DNA from: Candidatus Uhrbacteria bacterium
GTDB lineage: Bacteria; Patescibacteriota; Patescibacteriia; UBA9934
NCBI GenBank assembly: GCA_018664485.1
Contig: JABJOE010000006.1
Location: 7,294 to 71,293 of the forward strand
Reading direction: 5' to 3'
Length of the DNA: 64,000 bases
Under the pieces are notes generated by a model. That model had not been told where the DNA came from and searched no databases. It worked only from the letters and a program-made list of their open reading frames with translations. A program made the translations under genes and the position numbers. Below are positions 9,001-18,960 of this stretch, piece by piece. The stretch's first letter is position 1; each line of letters opens with the position of its first letter.

Positions 9001-12000
9001 TAGTTTAATCCTGACACTGAGCTTGATCCACAGTCACAAAGCTCTCCACCTGCAAGCGACCCATCTCCACAACTAAATGTAGAAGCATAAGTACAGTCAT
9101 TGTCACAGAATCCATATCTTCCGTTATATGAACCGTCGTCACATGTTTCACCAGTATCAATCACTCCGTTTCCACACTCAAACGCTTCGCATGTTGCGCC
9201 GTCTAGATCTTCACCGCCCAAACAGTCACTTGCACATGTCTGCGAGATTGAACCGTCAATATCATTTGTAGCGTCTCCGTCTCCGTCTGAGTCAACCGAA
9301 GCATCAGAGTCACAAGTAGCAGCGTCCATCTCCTGTCCGATTTCACAAATCTCAGTACCACCTATGACGCCATCTCCACAGATCGTCTCATCACCCCACC
9401 TTGTATTTGCACAGAAATACGATGGCGATGCGAAACCGTCACCACTTCCAGTCTTTGCATAAACCTGGAAGTTGTAGCTGTCAGATGTGTCCTGATCAAG
9501 ATCTTCTGTCCACGGAGTTCCGTGGAATTCCAACTCAGCACCCATGTAATATCCACCCTTACCATAAGCGCGGTAGTGGTAAACATTAGTCTCACGGTTA
9601 GGACAGAGATATTCTCCGTTAGTCTGATTCACACATGTATCTGCATCGTAATCAGTGTAATGACCATCTTCTCCACAGTTCACATATGCGTTTAGCGGAT
9701 CTGAAGGAGGCTCTTCTCCAAGTTCAGATCGGAGCTGTTCATTCCAAGAGCTCCACGCGGAAGAACTTAATGAAGCCACAAACGTTCCAGACTCAAGCTG
9801 AGGCGTTGCAGGAACACATTCTTCTGAATCTGGGCATTGACTATCACTTGTACATGTTTGAGAAGTTGTGTCGGAACAATATCCGTTTACATCTCCGTAG
9901 TCTTCGATCATTGCCGCGAGATCAGTAAGGTCAGTCAAACGAGTCATGTCACGCATGACCTTTGCAGCCTGATCGTCACATCTCTCACTATTCGCCCAAT
10001 CACAATCCTGGTCAGATACACATGTGTCATCCGTATATGAACCACCTGAGTCCATGCACAATGCCGTATCATCAAAGTTAGTATTAAATTCAAGGTTTGA
10101 AATCAACTGATTGTAGACTTCAACAGTCTCAGATGAAGCCCCCGAGTTGTAAGAGATAACAAACATATCCGAATACAACACAGAAGATGTCCTGTTCGGG
10201 AACGACACATAAGTAGTACGCCCATCTTGAACCGCCTTATATCCGCCAGCTACTGCAATTTCTGAAGGTGAACCAGCAAAACCTTGCTCCGTGTACCACG
10301 CCATTGGGCTTAGGTACTCTGAGTTTGAAGCAATACGAATTCCGATAGCGTCTCCCGTTGACTCGCCGTCAGCAAGTAGACGGAAGAAGTACTCTTTAAT
10401 GACATCATCAGTTTCAGTGTCTTCTGTCAGAACAACATCAACCTCTGGGAGATCATCATCTTCTGTTTCAGCTCCACTGTCCATACAATAGTATGTGGAG
10501 AAGTTCATCCAACCGATACCAGCTCTTGCACCATTTCCAGTACCAGTACTGTCATCAATGAATGGGAAGTCAGTAATTGCTGGCCATGGATTTTCACAAA
10601 CCATAGCTGTAGCAGATGTCGTTCCACTATGAGACTCGCCTTCAGTCTCTGACTGTACATCAACAGTAATAGTTGCAGTAGCGGTGATATTCACCTCTCC
10701 GTTTTCACCGGCCGCCGCATAGTTGGAGTCAGCCGTTCCGTCAGTGCTTGAACTCTCACTTTGCTGCGCTAGAATCTCCTCACCGGCGTCATCAGAACTC
10801 CAAGTAGACCACGTCCAATCATAGACGCTGCTAATAGGTTCAATTTGCTGTTTGATTCCAGTCTGATAAGAGAAACCGGCAGCCGTGTAGTCATGATCTT
10901 CTGAAACCTGCGTATAAACCCCAGGACTATCTTCGTCTGAGTCGGTTACCTCAACTACATCCATCAAACAAAGTTCATCATATGTTGTGAAATCAACATG
11001 ATCACTTTCCATTTCCACTCCATAGAATGACAACGCGCCCTCCTTATCTACATCAGTGTCAGACAAATCATCACCAACTACATATATTGTGTAGTCAGAA
11101 AGAGCTTCAAGGACAGTATCGTAATGGAATAAAACCTTGTAATCTCCGCTCTCCTCTAGGCTTTGAGATACGCTCGTAATTTCAACTGCACAATCTCCGC
11201 TTGACTGAGCTTGTACAACTCCAGTTCCAAATAGAGCACCAACACGGAAGAATGCACGCGCGAGCCAGCTATTTCCAACAGTTGCAGTTTCGGCATGTGC
11301 AATAGATGTATGTGTTTCCGGACAAGAACCGGAACCTATATCTAGAACAAGATACATGTTCTGTATATCCTCACCATCATCCAAATCGGTATAGAAGAAA
11401 CTTCCTAAGTCCATCTTTTCACTGAACAATCCGTAAATTGCAGCGTTACGGCAAGCGTCTGATCCGTTTGGATAAAGGCTTACCTCTGGACGCGCCATAC
11501 AACATGAGTTGTCCGCAGGTCCGTAATCACTTTCACAATCACTATCAACTTCCGCTACACATGAAAGATAAAGCGCAGTGCTGTCTGAAACGTCCTCATA
11601 CGTAACTTCAATCAAAGTTTCTGCCAATCGGCTATCTGTATCAACCTGCTCGGCAGCAGATGTCATGATCTCAACAAGCTGAAGAGGATCGATTATACCG
11701 TCACCTCCAGTTGCGTCATAAGTAGGATCTTCACATGATTCGAACTCTCCGGTACCAGCCTCACCGTCTCCACAGACTGACGGACTTGCATATGAGGTTG
11801 ATGCACCCTCCCAAAGACATTCATCACTACACCCTTCTGTTCCGTCACAATCCTCTCCCTCACCATATGCCCCTTGGTCAACGGCGTTATCTCCACAATC
11901 TCCATAATCTCCATCTGCACCTTCACGCAAACATATTGATGAACAACCGTCTTCGTCTTCAACTCCCCAGTCATCGCAGGTTTCGTAAGGTGTATCAATT

Positions 12001-15000
12001 ACTCCATCTCCACACTCGGCAGCGACTGACGTAAGTGCTGTAGAGCCTTCATTTAAACAAATTGCAGAACAACCATCACCAGATGAAGTACCTCCGTCAT
12101 CGCAATCCTCACCACCAACACTGTCGGAATGACCAACGCTTCCGTTTCCACAAGTAGCGCCCGCAGCTGCAGACCCTTCGTTGATACAAGATGAAGAACA
12201 TCCATCTCCGTCGGTAATATTACTGTCATCACACTCTTCTCCCGCATATGAGGAGTCCACGTCTACAACGCCATCTCCACAACAACCAGATCCAACGGCA
12301 TCACATGTGTCAGCGTAGGTACAGTCTGCATCAATAGCACAAACATCTCCACTCACAGAACACACACCTTCCTCTGAATCATCCGCGATTTCACATGTCT
12401 CGGCACAATCTTCATCGTCTGAACATGAGTCACCGCTTGAAGCACAGGTAAATGAACAGCTATTAGTTCCTTCCGCTAAACACTCTGAAGAGCATCCGTC
12501 TCCGTTTGTAACGTTTCCGTCATCACAGTCTTCTCCAGTTTCAATATCACCATCTCCACAAATTGCAGTGTAGACCTCGGAACCACCAGCAAGACACGAC
12601 TCGGTACAACCAGGCGCTATACCGTCTAAATCAACATCAAATAGTGAGGAGTTTATTTCAGTCCACTCTGCAACATCAACGTCATCAATAGGAACTGACC
12701 ATTCATAGTCATAGCTATAAGCAGATAACTGCTGACCAGTGGATGAACATTCATCCTGCTGACCATATGGCTGTACAAAATATTCAACAGTTTCACCAAT
12801 TGCCTCGGCTGTATAATTCTCAGGTGAAACTTCGAGCCGATCAACAGTACACAGAGACTCATCATCTTTTGTTGAAAATACCCAAGAGAAATCATCACCG
12901 TAGTTAGTGTCAGTTAGAGCAACCCCACTACTAGACTCAACGTCTCCGGAAATAATCACACGGAAATATGTATCAGCTGTCAGCTGGGCGTCCCATCCAG
13001 ATTCAGTAATTGTAAGTACAAATTCCTCACACTCAGACGATGTACAGCCAGCAGTGACGTCTACCTGAGTCAGTCCGACACACAACTCATTAGAACACTC
13101 GTACATGGTCACCATACCTGTGTCCTGAATTGAGCTGTCCATGTCGATATTGAAAGATGCACCGATCCCACTGTTAACACAAGCAGTATTACAGTTCGGA
13201 TAGTAGCTTGTTACATACGGATCTCTGTAGTCAATCTCAAGATCAGCGTCATCACCAATTCCGCTATCGTCTTCAATGGCATTTACAACACTCTCCCCTT
13301 CCGCAAGAGCTTCCGCTACAGCACAGGAGTCGTTCAAACTTGTATCATCACAGATTCCTTCCGTAAGTGACGCGTATGAAGATGTGTCTAAACTCCATGT
13401 CCATGCATATGTAGCACCACTTAACACCTGACAATCAGCAACAGGAAGCGCTTCATATTCAGTTGTTTCACCCTGCTCCTCAAGCAATTCAGAACTAGGG
13501 CTCACGATAACTCGCTCAATTTCACAATCGGCTGAGCTGTCATCTGTTAGGAACTCCCAGGTAACATCGCTATCCATCTGCACACCTTCTTCTGATTCAA
13601 CATCGCTTGAAACGGTTACTAAGTACCGTGTCTCGGTTGAAAAGCCACTGTGATCAATAGTGAAAGACGTAGCTGTTGAGCTTGATGTAATAGTTGGGGC
13701 GTCCATTGTGAATGTAGAGACGTCTTCACATGAAGAATCCGCACACTCTTCCACCGTAATATATTCAGATGTGAGGAAGTCTTCGTCCATAAGCTCCGTA
13801 AACGTTGCGCGAATCACAGCGTCAACACATACCTCATCTGTAAATCTCTCGTTTGGAACAGCTGAAATATCATCATCAGAACACTCAACTACGATTCCTG
13901 GCGTCTCAGGGATTGATCCTGTTCCAAAATACCAACTATAACCACCGTCCACAGTAGCCTCTTCGTCTTCCTCATCATCAGCACCAATCTCAAAATTTGA
14001 AGAGTTACTATCCTCCCCTTCATTATTCGTTATAAAAACTGGACCTGTTACCGCATCTGACGGAACAGATGTAACTATTTCGTCGTTTGACCAATCGTCA
14101 TCCTCAACGCTCGCGCTTGAACCGTCGTAGAATTCAATTGACCCTGTGCTTGATCCGAAATTGTCTCCATAGATAGTTACTGTGTCTCCAGACTCGCCGT
14201 CGTCTGGATCAATAGCACAAATACCAGGGGTTGGATCATCTTCTGTTACTTCAAAATCTACAGCATCGGACTCACCGCCGCTCCGCTTTTCAATATACAA
14301 CTCATAATCCCCAGCCTCCACGTCGTCTTCATTTGAAAATTCTTCCGGAACGATAATGACGATCTCAGAAGCACTCCAAAAACTTTCAGAACATGCGTCC
14401 GGGAACTCAATACTTCCCTGTGCTGCACCTAACGTTGGATGTTCAAACCAAACACTTCCAACGGAAGTTCCAAATCCAGAACCTGAAATGGTTACGTATT
14501 GTCCGATACCTCCCTCTTCCGGATCGATTGCGGAAATGATTGGTGAGTCATCATCCGTATCTTCCACTCCAAAACTGACAGTATTAGATTCAACTCCGTC
14601 AACCGTAATTGAAACGTCATAATAATCATTCACAGTAACAGACGGAACCGTTGCAGCTACATCAGTTGCGGACCATGACGTGTAAGAACCAGCCTCAGTC
14701 TCATCCTCATCTTCAGCTGTAAAAGTAATAACTGAATCACTCTGCGAATCTCCGAAATTCGTTCCCTCGATCGCAAATGCATCATTCACTTCAGCCTCGT
14801 TCGGCGAAATATCACACAAATTAGGACGAACGGTAGTATTCACGTCAAAGTCATCAATGATAGCACCGTTATCGTCGTCAGTTGTTTCCTCGTAGTCATT
14901 GCGAGTTACGATTGTAATTGGACCGTCTCCAGCACCTTCTGGCACCTCAACAATCACTTCATCATCACTCCAACCGTCTCCACATGAAGGAATCGTAGCC

Positions 15001-16385
15001 TCAACAGTTGAGCCGGCTCCATCGTCAAAATATACAGTACCTTCAACACTACCGAATCCGTCACCAGAGATAGTAACGAATGTTCCTTCAATTCCGTTAT
15101 CAGGTGACACGCTTTCAATTTCTGGATAGGACACACAAGTTCCTTCCAAACATGTACCCGACTCACAATCGCTATCTTCTTCACAACTTGAACCGTCACA
15201 AGACCCGCAATCCTCACCTCCACAATCCTCACCCTCTTCGTCTTCATCCTCTGTATCGTTGAAACAGTGAGCTGCAGTTGCCAAAATGCTGATTGAGTCA
15301 GTATCTGTGTTTCCTGCAATATCCGTCGCAGTCACTTCAAGCGTATATCTTGTTCCAGCCTCTAAATCTTCTGTAGAGTATGTCGTTTCAATAGTTACGT
15401 CCGACAAATCATCACCTTCAGCCGGAACACTATCAAACAGTACCTCTTCATCATCGTAGAAGTCAGCGGTTGCAACCTCGCTGTCATCTGTCGCTGTAAC
15501 CTGAACAAGAGTAGATGAATCTATTGAAATACGTTCACCGCTGTCTGGATATGTGAGTTCAACTTCAGGATCTTCAGTGTCTACTAATTCACCACTTGTG
15601 AAGCTTGAAGTACAACTATCATCCGAACATACGAGTGAGCTTCCTGAAGTACTTTCAATGTCATCACCAACCTCAACCGTGAATGCAGTATTTTCGTCGA
15701 AACAGTATCGATCATCGTTTGGCTCAGGGCATGCTGCGTCTGGTACAAACGTAATCTTGTTAGACGTAACGCTCAATGTTCCATCTACCTCTTCGCCAGT
15801 TTCATCATTTGTAATTGTAACGTTACCTGCGACCGTATCTTCATCAACTGATCGAGAGAAAGTAATTTGAACTTGAATATTTCTAATAACAACCTCGCCT
15901 TCTGGCGAGAAGTCGGTAACTGCAAAAGAAGTAACGCTCGATCCAGAACATCCTCCCAAACAGCTATCGCTACCGCTATCACTGCCAGAACCTGATCCCG
16001 ATCCACCACTTCCAGCTTCCAAAATAGACCCCAATATAAAGGATGTGATCGCAAATGAAAGCATTATAATGGTAAGTCCGACAATACCATTGAGCAATAT
16101 CTTTTTAGCGCTTTCAACCTTACTCGCATCACCACCGGCTGTCATCCAAACAAATCCACCCCATATAATAATGAGCACCGCAATGATTCCGAGCGTTCCT
16201 AAGAAAATTCGGATTATATTTGCAATGGTAACTTCCAGAGATTGGGTTGCAAGCCCTGACGCATCGCCTAACTCATCTAATGAGTCCTGTTGTGCATGCG
16301 TTACCTGCGGTATAGCCAAAAGCCCTCCCGTCATTATAAACAAGATGGCAAAGGCCGCGAATAAATTACGAAGTTTTGAGATCAT
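6033..16385 (-). CDS. Giant (3450 aa) acidic surface protein: VirB2/TrbC-pilin-like membrane module, Ig-like and IPT/TIG domains, CGDG Cys-rich repeats, vWA domain
   Basis: Uninterrupted 10.35 kb ORF. N-terminal GFVWMTAGGD..KVE.AKK...GIVGL; repeated I.SV.P..G..G..VTI.G..FG...W....I; many CGDG..E.CDDG...DGCS..C; MIDAS-like DMSGS...T...MTDG. Confidence 0.85.
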   Translation of the reverse strand: MISKLRNLFAAFAILFIMTGGLLAIPQVTHAQQDSLDELGDASGLATQSLEVTIANIIRIFLGTLGIIAVLIIIWGGFVWMTAGGDASKVESAKKILLNGIVGLTIIMLSFAITSFILGSILEAGSGGSGSGSGSDSGSDSCLGGCSGSSVTSFAVTDFSPEGEVVIRNIQVQITFSRSVDEDTVAGNVTITNDETGEEVDGTLSVTSNKITFVPDAACPEPNDDRYCFDENTAFTVEVGDDIESTSGSSLVCSDDSCTSSFTSGELVDTEDPEVELTYPDSGERISIDSSTLVQVTATDDSEVATADFYDDEEVLFDSVPAEGDDLSDVTIETTYSTEDLEAGTRYTLEVTATDIAGNTDTDSISILATAAHCFNDTEDEDEEGEDCGGEDCGSCDGSSCEEDSDCESGTCLEGTCVSYPEIESVSPDNGIEGTFVTISGDGFGSVEGTVYFDDGAGSTVEATIPSCGDGWSDDEVIVEVPEGAGDGPITIVTRNDYEETTDDDNGAIIDDFDVNTTVRPNLCDISPNEAEVNDAFAIEGTNFGDSQSDSVITFTAEDEDETEAGSYTSWSATDVAATVPSVTVNDYYDVSITVDGVESNTVSFGVEDTDDDSPIISAIDPEEGGIGQYVTISGSGFGTSVGSVWFEHPTLGAAQGSIEFPDACSESFWSASEIVIIVPEEFSNEDDVEAGDYELYIEKRSGGESDAVDFEVTEDDPTPGICAIDPDDGESGDTVTIYGDNFGSSTGSIEFYDGSSASVEDDDWSNDEIVTSVPSDAVTGPVFITNNEGEDSNSSNFEIGADDEEDEEATVDGGYSWYFGTGSIPETPGIVVECSDDDISAVPNERFTDEVCVDAVIRATFTELMDEDFLTSEYITVEECADSSCEDVSTFTMDAPTITSSSTATSFTIDHSGFSTETRYLVTVSSDVESEEGVQMDSDVTWEFLTDDSSADCEIERVIVSPSSELLEEQGETTEYEALPVADCQVLSGATYAWTWSLDTSSYASLTEGICDDTSLNDSCAVAEALAEGESVVNAIEDDSGIGDDADLEIDYRDPYVTSYYPNCNTACVNSGIGASFNIDMDSSIQDTGMVTMYECSNELCVGLTQVDVTAGCTSSECEEFVLTITESGWDAQLTADTYFRVIISGDVESSSGVALTDTNYGDDFSWVFSTKDDESLCTVDRLEVSPENYTAEAIGETVEYFVQPYGQQDECSSTGQQLSAYSYDYEWSVPIDDVDVAEWTEINSSLFDVDLDGIAPGCTESCLAGGSEVYTAICGDGDIETGEDCDDGNVTNGDGCSSECLAEGTNSCSFTCASSGDSCSDDEDCAETCEIADDSEEGVCSVSGDVCAIDADCTYADTCDAVGSGCCGDGVVDVDSSYAGEECDDSNITDGDGCSSSCINEGSAAAGATCGNGSVGHSDSVGGEDCDDGGTSSGDGCSAICLNEGSTALTSVAAECGDGVIDTPYETCDDWGVEDEDGCSSICLREGADGDYGDCGDNAVDQGAYGEGEDCDGTEGCSDECLWEGASTSYASPSVCGDGEAGTGEFESCEDPTYDATGGDGIIDPLQLVEIMTSAAEQVDTDSRLAETLIEVTYEDVSDSTALYLSCVAEVDSDCESDYGPADNSCCMARPEVSLYPNGSDACRNAAIYGLFSEKMDLGSFFYTDLDDGEDIQNMYLVLDIGSGSCPETHTSIAHAETATVGNSWLARAFFRVGALFGTGVVQAQSSGDCAVEITSVSQSLEESGDYKVLFHYDTVLEALSDYTIYVVGDDLSDTDVDKEGALSFYGVEMESDHVDFTTYDELCLMDVVEVTDSDEDSPGVYTQVSEDHDYTAAGFSYQTGIKQQIEPISSVYDWTWSTWSSDDAGEEILAQQSESSSTDGTADSNYAAAGENGEVNITATATITVDVQSETEGESHSGTTSATAMVCENPWPAITDFPFIDDSTGTGNGARAGIGWMNFSTYYCMDSGAETEDDDLPEVDVVLTEDTETDDVIKEYFFRLLADGESTGDAIGIRIASNSEYLSPMAWYTEQGFAGSPSEIAVAGGYKAVQDGRTTYVSFPNRTSSVLYSDMFVISYNSGASSETVEVYNQLISNLEFNTNFDDTALCMDSGGSYTDDTCVSDQDCDWANSERCDDQAAKVMRDMTRLTDLTDLAAMIEDYGDVNGYCSDTTSQTCTSDSQCPDSEECVPATPQLESGTFVASLSSSAWSSWNEQLRSELGEEPPSDPLNAYVNCGEDGHYTDYDADTCVNQTNGEYLCPNRETNVYHYRAYGKGGYYMGAELEFHGTPWTEDLDQDTSDSYNFQVYAKTGSGDGFASPSYFCANTRWGDETICGDGVIGGTEICEIGQEMDAATCDSDASVDSDGDGDATNDIDGSISQTCASDCLGGEDLDGATCEAFECGNGVIDTGETCDDGSYNGRYGFCDNDCTYASTFSCGDGSLAGGELCDCGSSSVSGLNYGGSACTDLNSTYNSNPNSSCAWDCSGAASFCGDGEVDDGEGEVCDGNSDSWDGELCVGGTDEGAACEDDADCDSAVCGDSSSSWSEACEITTVCLAGTESLIGYPCTSNSYCGTDDGVCSTSTFPTTRTITCADDGEGGETCGWNSPWSTTAFWQGVSCVASSDCGDGVVDDGEECDDGNDDSTDDCTTECQLNVCGDGYLYDGEEQCDEGSDNGVVCDSQYDSTCSYCNDSCVQVTYSGAFCGDTIIEDEEVCDGTDLPYWYAQLDGSLYPEGNVYGMCDREDEGAVIVGPDSLAYYGCSNVGVCNGGDNNGLMCLNDSGCEDDDGDGECILPSCADGCESTCPFTYENDQLLMKTNELGARRSNEIEMISYDADVSGTLLTYGNSATVYFPACTVATRLTADVDYEFDIPDTKIIFSTDMSGSMAYVWDGTCADDGTSCHYDSTCEEDESVECEGETRMDTTIDSLQTSVDGIFEGLGSGVEIGFIGFTNYMEDSDCDPDTETCGAVEEVEYTYASNVDDGFFYDADNSVYAQSEVASYIARSGTYTYYGLKAAQTAFTTYSSTDDRQIVVLMTDGLWSCESCGASQIDPALMACQLKDDGVEIYTVALYSGSDSEVSPVEDAFCDDYRTEDGWMDEEEWMDSLCGNGVVDDVADEQCDDGNDVDEDDCTNECTSPVCGDGVINGEEECDSGGTETADCNYDEEADEDDHPATDCQESECGDEYTNTADGETCDGDTGSDISSCSSSCVISWECCSGYYGVSTYDCYAEGGVADITTCGGCDATCNPGSGSGTSSCNNDGSCDVGETYADCPFDCPAETLYSPWISPVRISWNIKEWKVMSIAESVADFALELVEIPVARAATSETCAADYVDLDLIDQMACWSSGNPNDDNDVDYAHNGSSADELEEIYEEIVNSIVSIRFTYVIDGEAVSGNVTEGDDVEIPWPAGFACDGENSQEIPIRISFDDNDSGGTVSLDDMRFRYCEP

Positions 16386-16423
16386 GATATTAGGGAGGAG
16401 TTGGAATGAAAATTACATTTAAG

Positions 16424-18319
16424 CTAACTACTGAAGTAGGAACAGTCAGTTGATTGAGCCTCACCGTTACAACAGAAAGGTTCTGTGTCACTCGTTCCAC
16501 AAGAACCACCCGAATCATCCGGCCCTTCTCCTGGAACGTAACAGTTTTGATATTGATTCCTCACTCCTTCCGTTACATCCACTGAGTAAAGATAGCTAGT
16601 TCCGTCGGTGTAACACTGCAGATCAGTATTACATGCCTCGCCCGACTCACAATCACCGTCTACAGCACAACTCTCACCCGTAAGTGCATCGTCGGTGGAA
16701 GCGAGGAATACTCCGTGCCGGATACCTGCCTGAGTTGCAACTGCAGTCTGCTCGGACGATACAACTTCATCGCCGTACTCATCGATTGAGTCAGTGCTAA
16801 CTACGTACCACATTTCGTGTGACGGGTTTGGTGTCGCGACAATATATTCACTCGACATTGTGTTACTCATCATGATGGAGTCAAACAAAACCGTAATCTC
16901 CTGATCCAACTCGACATTCTCCTCTAAAATATCTGGACCAATTGATTCAATCTCCGGCGCTTCCAAATTTACGTCGTCAGATGTTGAAAATGACCAGTCA
17001 TAGTCGTCTCCAGCTTCACCATCACCGTCACCGTCCAATGCATTTGCTGATACATCAACGATTCCGTCATATGGTGTCTCGGCCTGCGGCGCCGCATCTT
17101 CGTCAACGGTAGCGGCAATAACATCGACCGTAATATCTTCAAGTCCAGGCAAACAATAAATGAGTTCACCACACGAGTTTTCTCCACATTCATCGTCGGT
17201 AGTGTACGTAACAGTTTTGTAACCATTTGAAATAGCGTACTCACCAGTTAGCGGAACTGAGTCACCAATATGCGTTTGGATATTGCTAAATCCACTACCA
17301 CTCTCACGAGTTCCGGTTGACACTGTCGGATCCACAGCTTCTGAGAATGTAATTTGCACAACAATGTTTCTGTCATACTCGTCACCTGCTTCAGGCGACA
17401 CGCTCACAACATATGGCGGCGTTAGGTCAATTTCAGTTCCAACTTCGAATGACCACTCATACCCGCCAGTGTTTACCACCTGGTCGCCATCCTTATCTCC
17501 AACATCCTCCGAAATGAATACCGTGTACGAAGTATCTTCTGTTGAAGATCCAAGATAATCCTCTGGTGAGAAGCTAAACGTCTTTAGATCTTCCGTAAAC
17601 GTCACGCTCACTTCTTCAGATGTCAGGATACCTTCTTCTCCGTCCTCAGATCGATAAATCAAAATGTTGTCTGTATTTAATGTTGTCGCAACCGTATCGT
17701 CACTCGTATCATCCGGTGTACCGTTGGTGTCGTAGCCATCGATAAGCCCCTCAATGTCCATCGCACTCTTAAACGTAACTAGAATATTGATATTTCTCGC
17801 AGCACCAGTCGCATTGCGCGCTGGGAAGTGGTCGCGGATTCCACCCTGCCCAAGAGATCCAGAACTTCGCTCGATTGATGCCGAGCTATCACTTCCGCTT
17901 CCAGAACCGCTTCCGCCACCTCCACCGATCAATGCACCCGTAAGCGCGCTAATGATAAAAGCTGTGATCGCATAAGATGCCATAACTATCACAAGTCCGA
18001 CAACTCCGTTGATCATCCACTTCTTTGCTTTTTCAACTTTGTCAGCATCACCACCGGCTGTCATCCAAAGGAAACCAGCGTAGATGATAATGATCAGAAG
18101 AACGATTCCAAGTGCACTCAAGAATACACTTACTAACGTCCCTATAACTTCTGGCAGGCTTGCGGTACTAAGACCTGACGCACCTCCGGCTACAGCGAGC
18201 TCCGACGATTGCGCAAGAACAGCGCTCGGAATAAACGCAAAAATACCGGTGACCAGAGTGATCCCGAATAGGAGAACAAGCGCTTTTGATAAACGCATCG
18301 TTATTTGATTCACATGCAT
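16424..18319 (-). CDS. Pilin-like membrane module fused to three Ig-like domains and a Cys-rich tail (start codon uncertain)
   Basis: GFLWMTAGGDADKVEKAKKWMINGVVGL, a GS linker, and P.V.SVSP...I.ITFSE...W.F.T repeats. Confidence 0.8.
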   Translation of the reverse strand: MHVNQITMRLSKALVLLFGITLVTGIFAFIPSAVLAQSSELAVAGGASGLSTASLPEVIGTLVSVFLSALGIVLLIIIIYAGFLWMTAGGDADKVEKAKKWMINGVVGLVIVMASYAITAFIISALTGALIGGGGGSGSGSGSDSSASIERSSGSLGQGGIRDHFPARNATGAARNINILVTFKSAMDIEGLIDGYDTNGTPDDTSDDTVATTLNTDNILIYRSEDGEEGILTSEEVSVTFTEDLKTFSFSPEDYLGSSTEDTSYTVFISEDVGDKDGDQVVNTGGYEWSFEVGTEIDLTPPYVVSVSPEAGDEYDRNIVVQITFSEAVDPTVSTGTRESGSGFSNIQTHIGDSVPLTGEYAISNGYKTVTYTTDDECGENSCGELIYCLPGLEDITVDVIAATVDEDAAPQAETPYDGIVDVSANALDGDGDGEAGDDYDWSFSTSDDVNLEAPEIESIGPDILEENVELDQEITVLFDSIMMSNTMSSEYIVATPNPSHEMWYVVSTDSIDEYGDEVVSSEQTAVATQAGIRHGVFLASTDDALTGESCAVDGDCESGEACNTDLQCYTDGTSYLYSVDVTEGVRNQYQNCYVPGEGPDDSGGSCGTSDTEPFCCNGEAQSTDCSYFSS

Positions 18320-18465
18320 GTTGCTATATAGGTTGTACGAAGTTGTTCCCTCGCACCTACATTATAAAGGAACGCGAGTATGAACGCGAACGGGGTGTGG
18401 AATAAACTCAACACCCGTCCAACCACACAGATCAGACGGGTGAGAATATATAGATTTTTTAAAAA

Positions 18466-18837
18466 CTATTTTGTTCGCTTTCGAACAGCGCCATGAATAA
18501 TTCCAGCGATTACAAGGTCGATCAACACGAACCAAAGGAATGAATCTCCGCTAATTCCCCAGTACGAAATTTCAGCGATCCATGAATAAAGTCCGATCGC
18601 CGCGTCAAGCAACACGAGTACAAAGAAGAACCATAGAAGATCCGACTTGCTATGTTTTCCAACTGCCTGCCAGTTTAAAAGCGCAAGCGCCGCTGTACCA
18701 ACGAGTGCTACAGCTGAAATCCATAACTCAACTTCGAATGCACCAATAGTAGCTGGCGCCTGAAACGCTAAACGCATTGCGTGTAGCGCTGCCACGGAAG
18801 TGAAAACCGCCGTGTTAACGATATGTATTTTTTTCAT
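18466..18837 (-). CDS. Hypothetical 4-TM membrane protein
   Basis: Four hydrophobic segments; TATACT 8 nt upstream of ATG. Confidence 0.7.
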   Translation of the reverse strand: MKKIHIVNTAVFTSVAALHAMRLAFQAPATIGAFEVELWISAVALVGTAALALLNWQAVGKHSKSDLLWFFFVLVLLDAAIGLYSWIAEISYWGISGDSFLWFVLIDLVIAGIIHGAVRKRTK

Positions 18838-18903
18838 ATGTTTTTAGTATACAAAACAACAGCAACTTCTCCCAGAAATTACTGCACAGCTTGATCTCTA
18901 GGG

Positions 18904-18932
18904 TTGACAAAAAGGCAATATTGCACTATGGT
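18904..18932 (+). promoter_or_regulatory. Sigma70-type promoter
   Basis: TTGACA-17 nt-TATGGT. Confidence 0.65.
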
Positions 18933-18960
18933 CCACGCAGAACTTTAATTGGAGTCCAAA

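Noticed and set aside
8200-12560. Recurring TCTCCACA-type DNA motifs suggesting a CRISPR or tandem array
   Set aside because: They are codons of the CGDG protein repeats, with irregular spacing and degenerate third positions; no cas genes.
6467-18308. Many short ORFs inside the two pilin-fusion genes
   Set aside because: Ser/Pro/Thr-rich antisense and off-frame shadows of acidic coding sequence.
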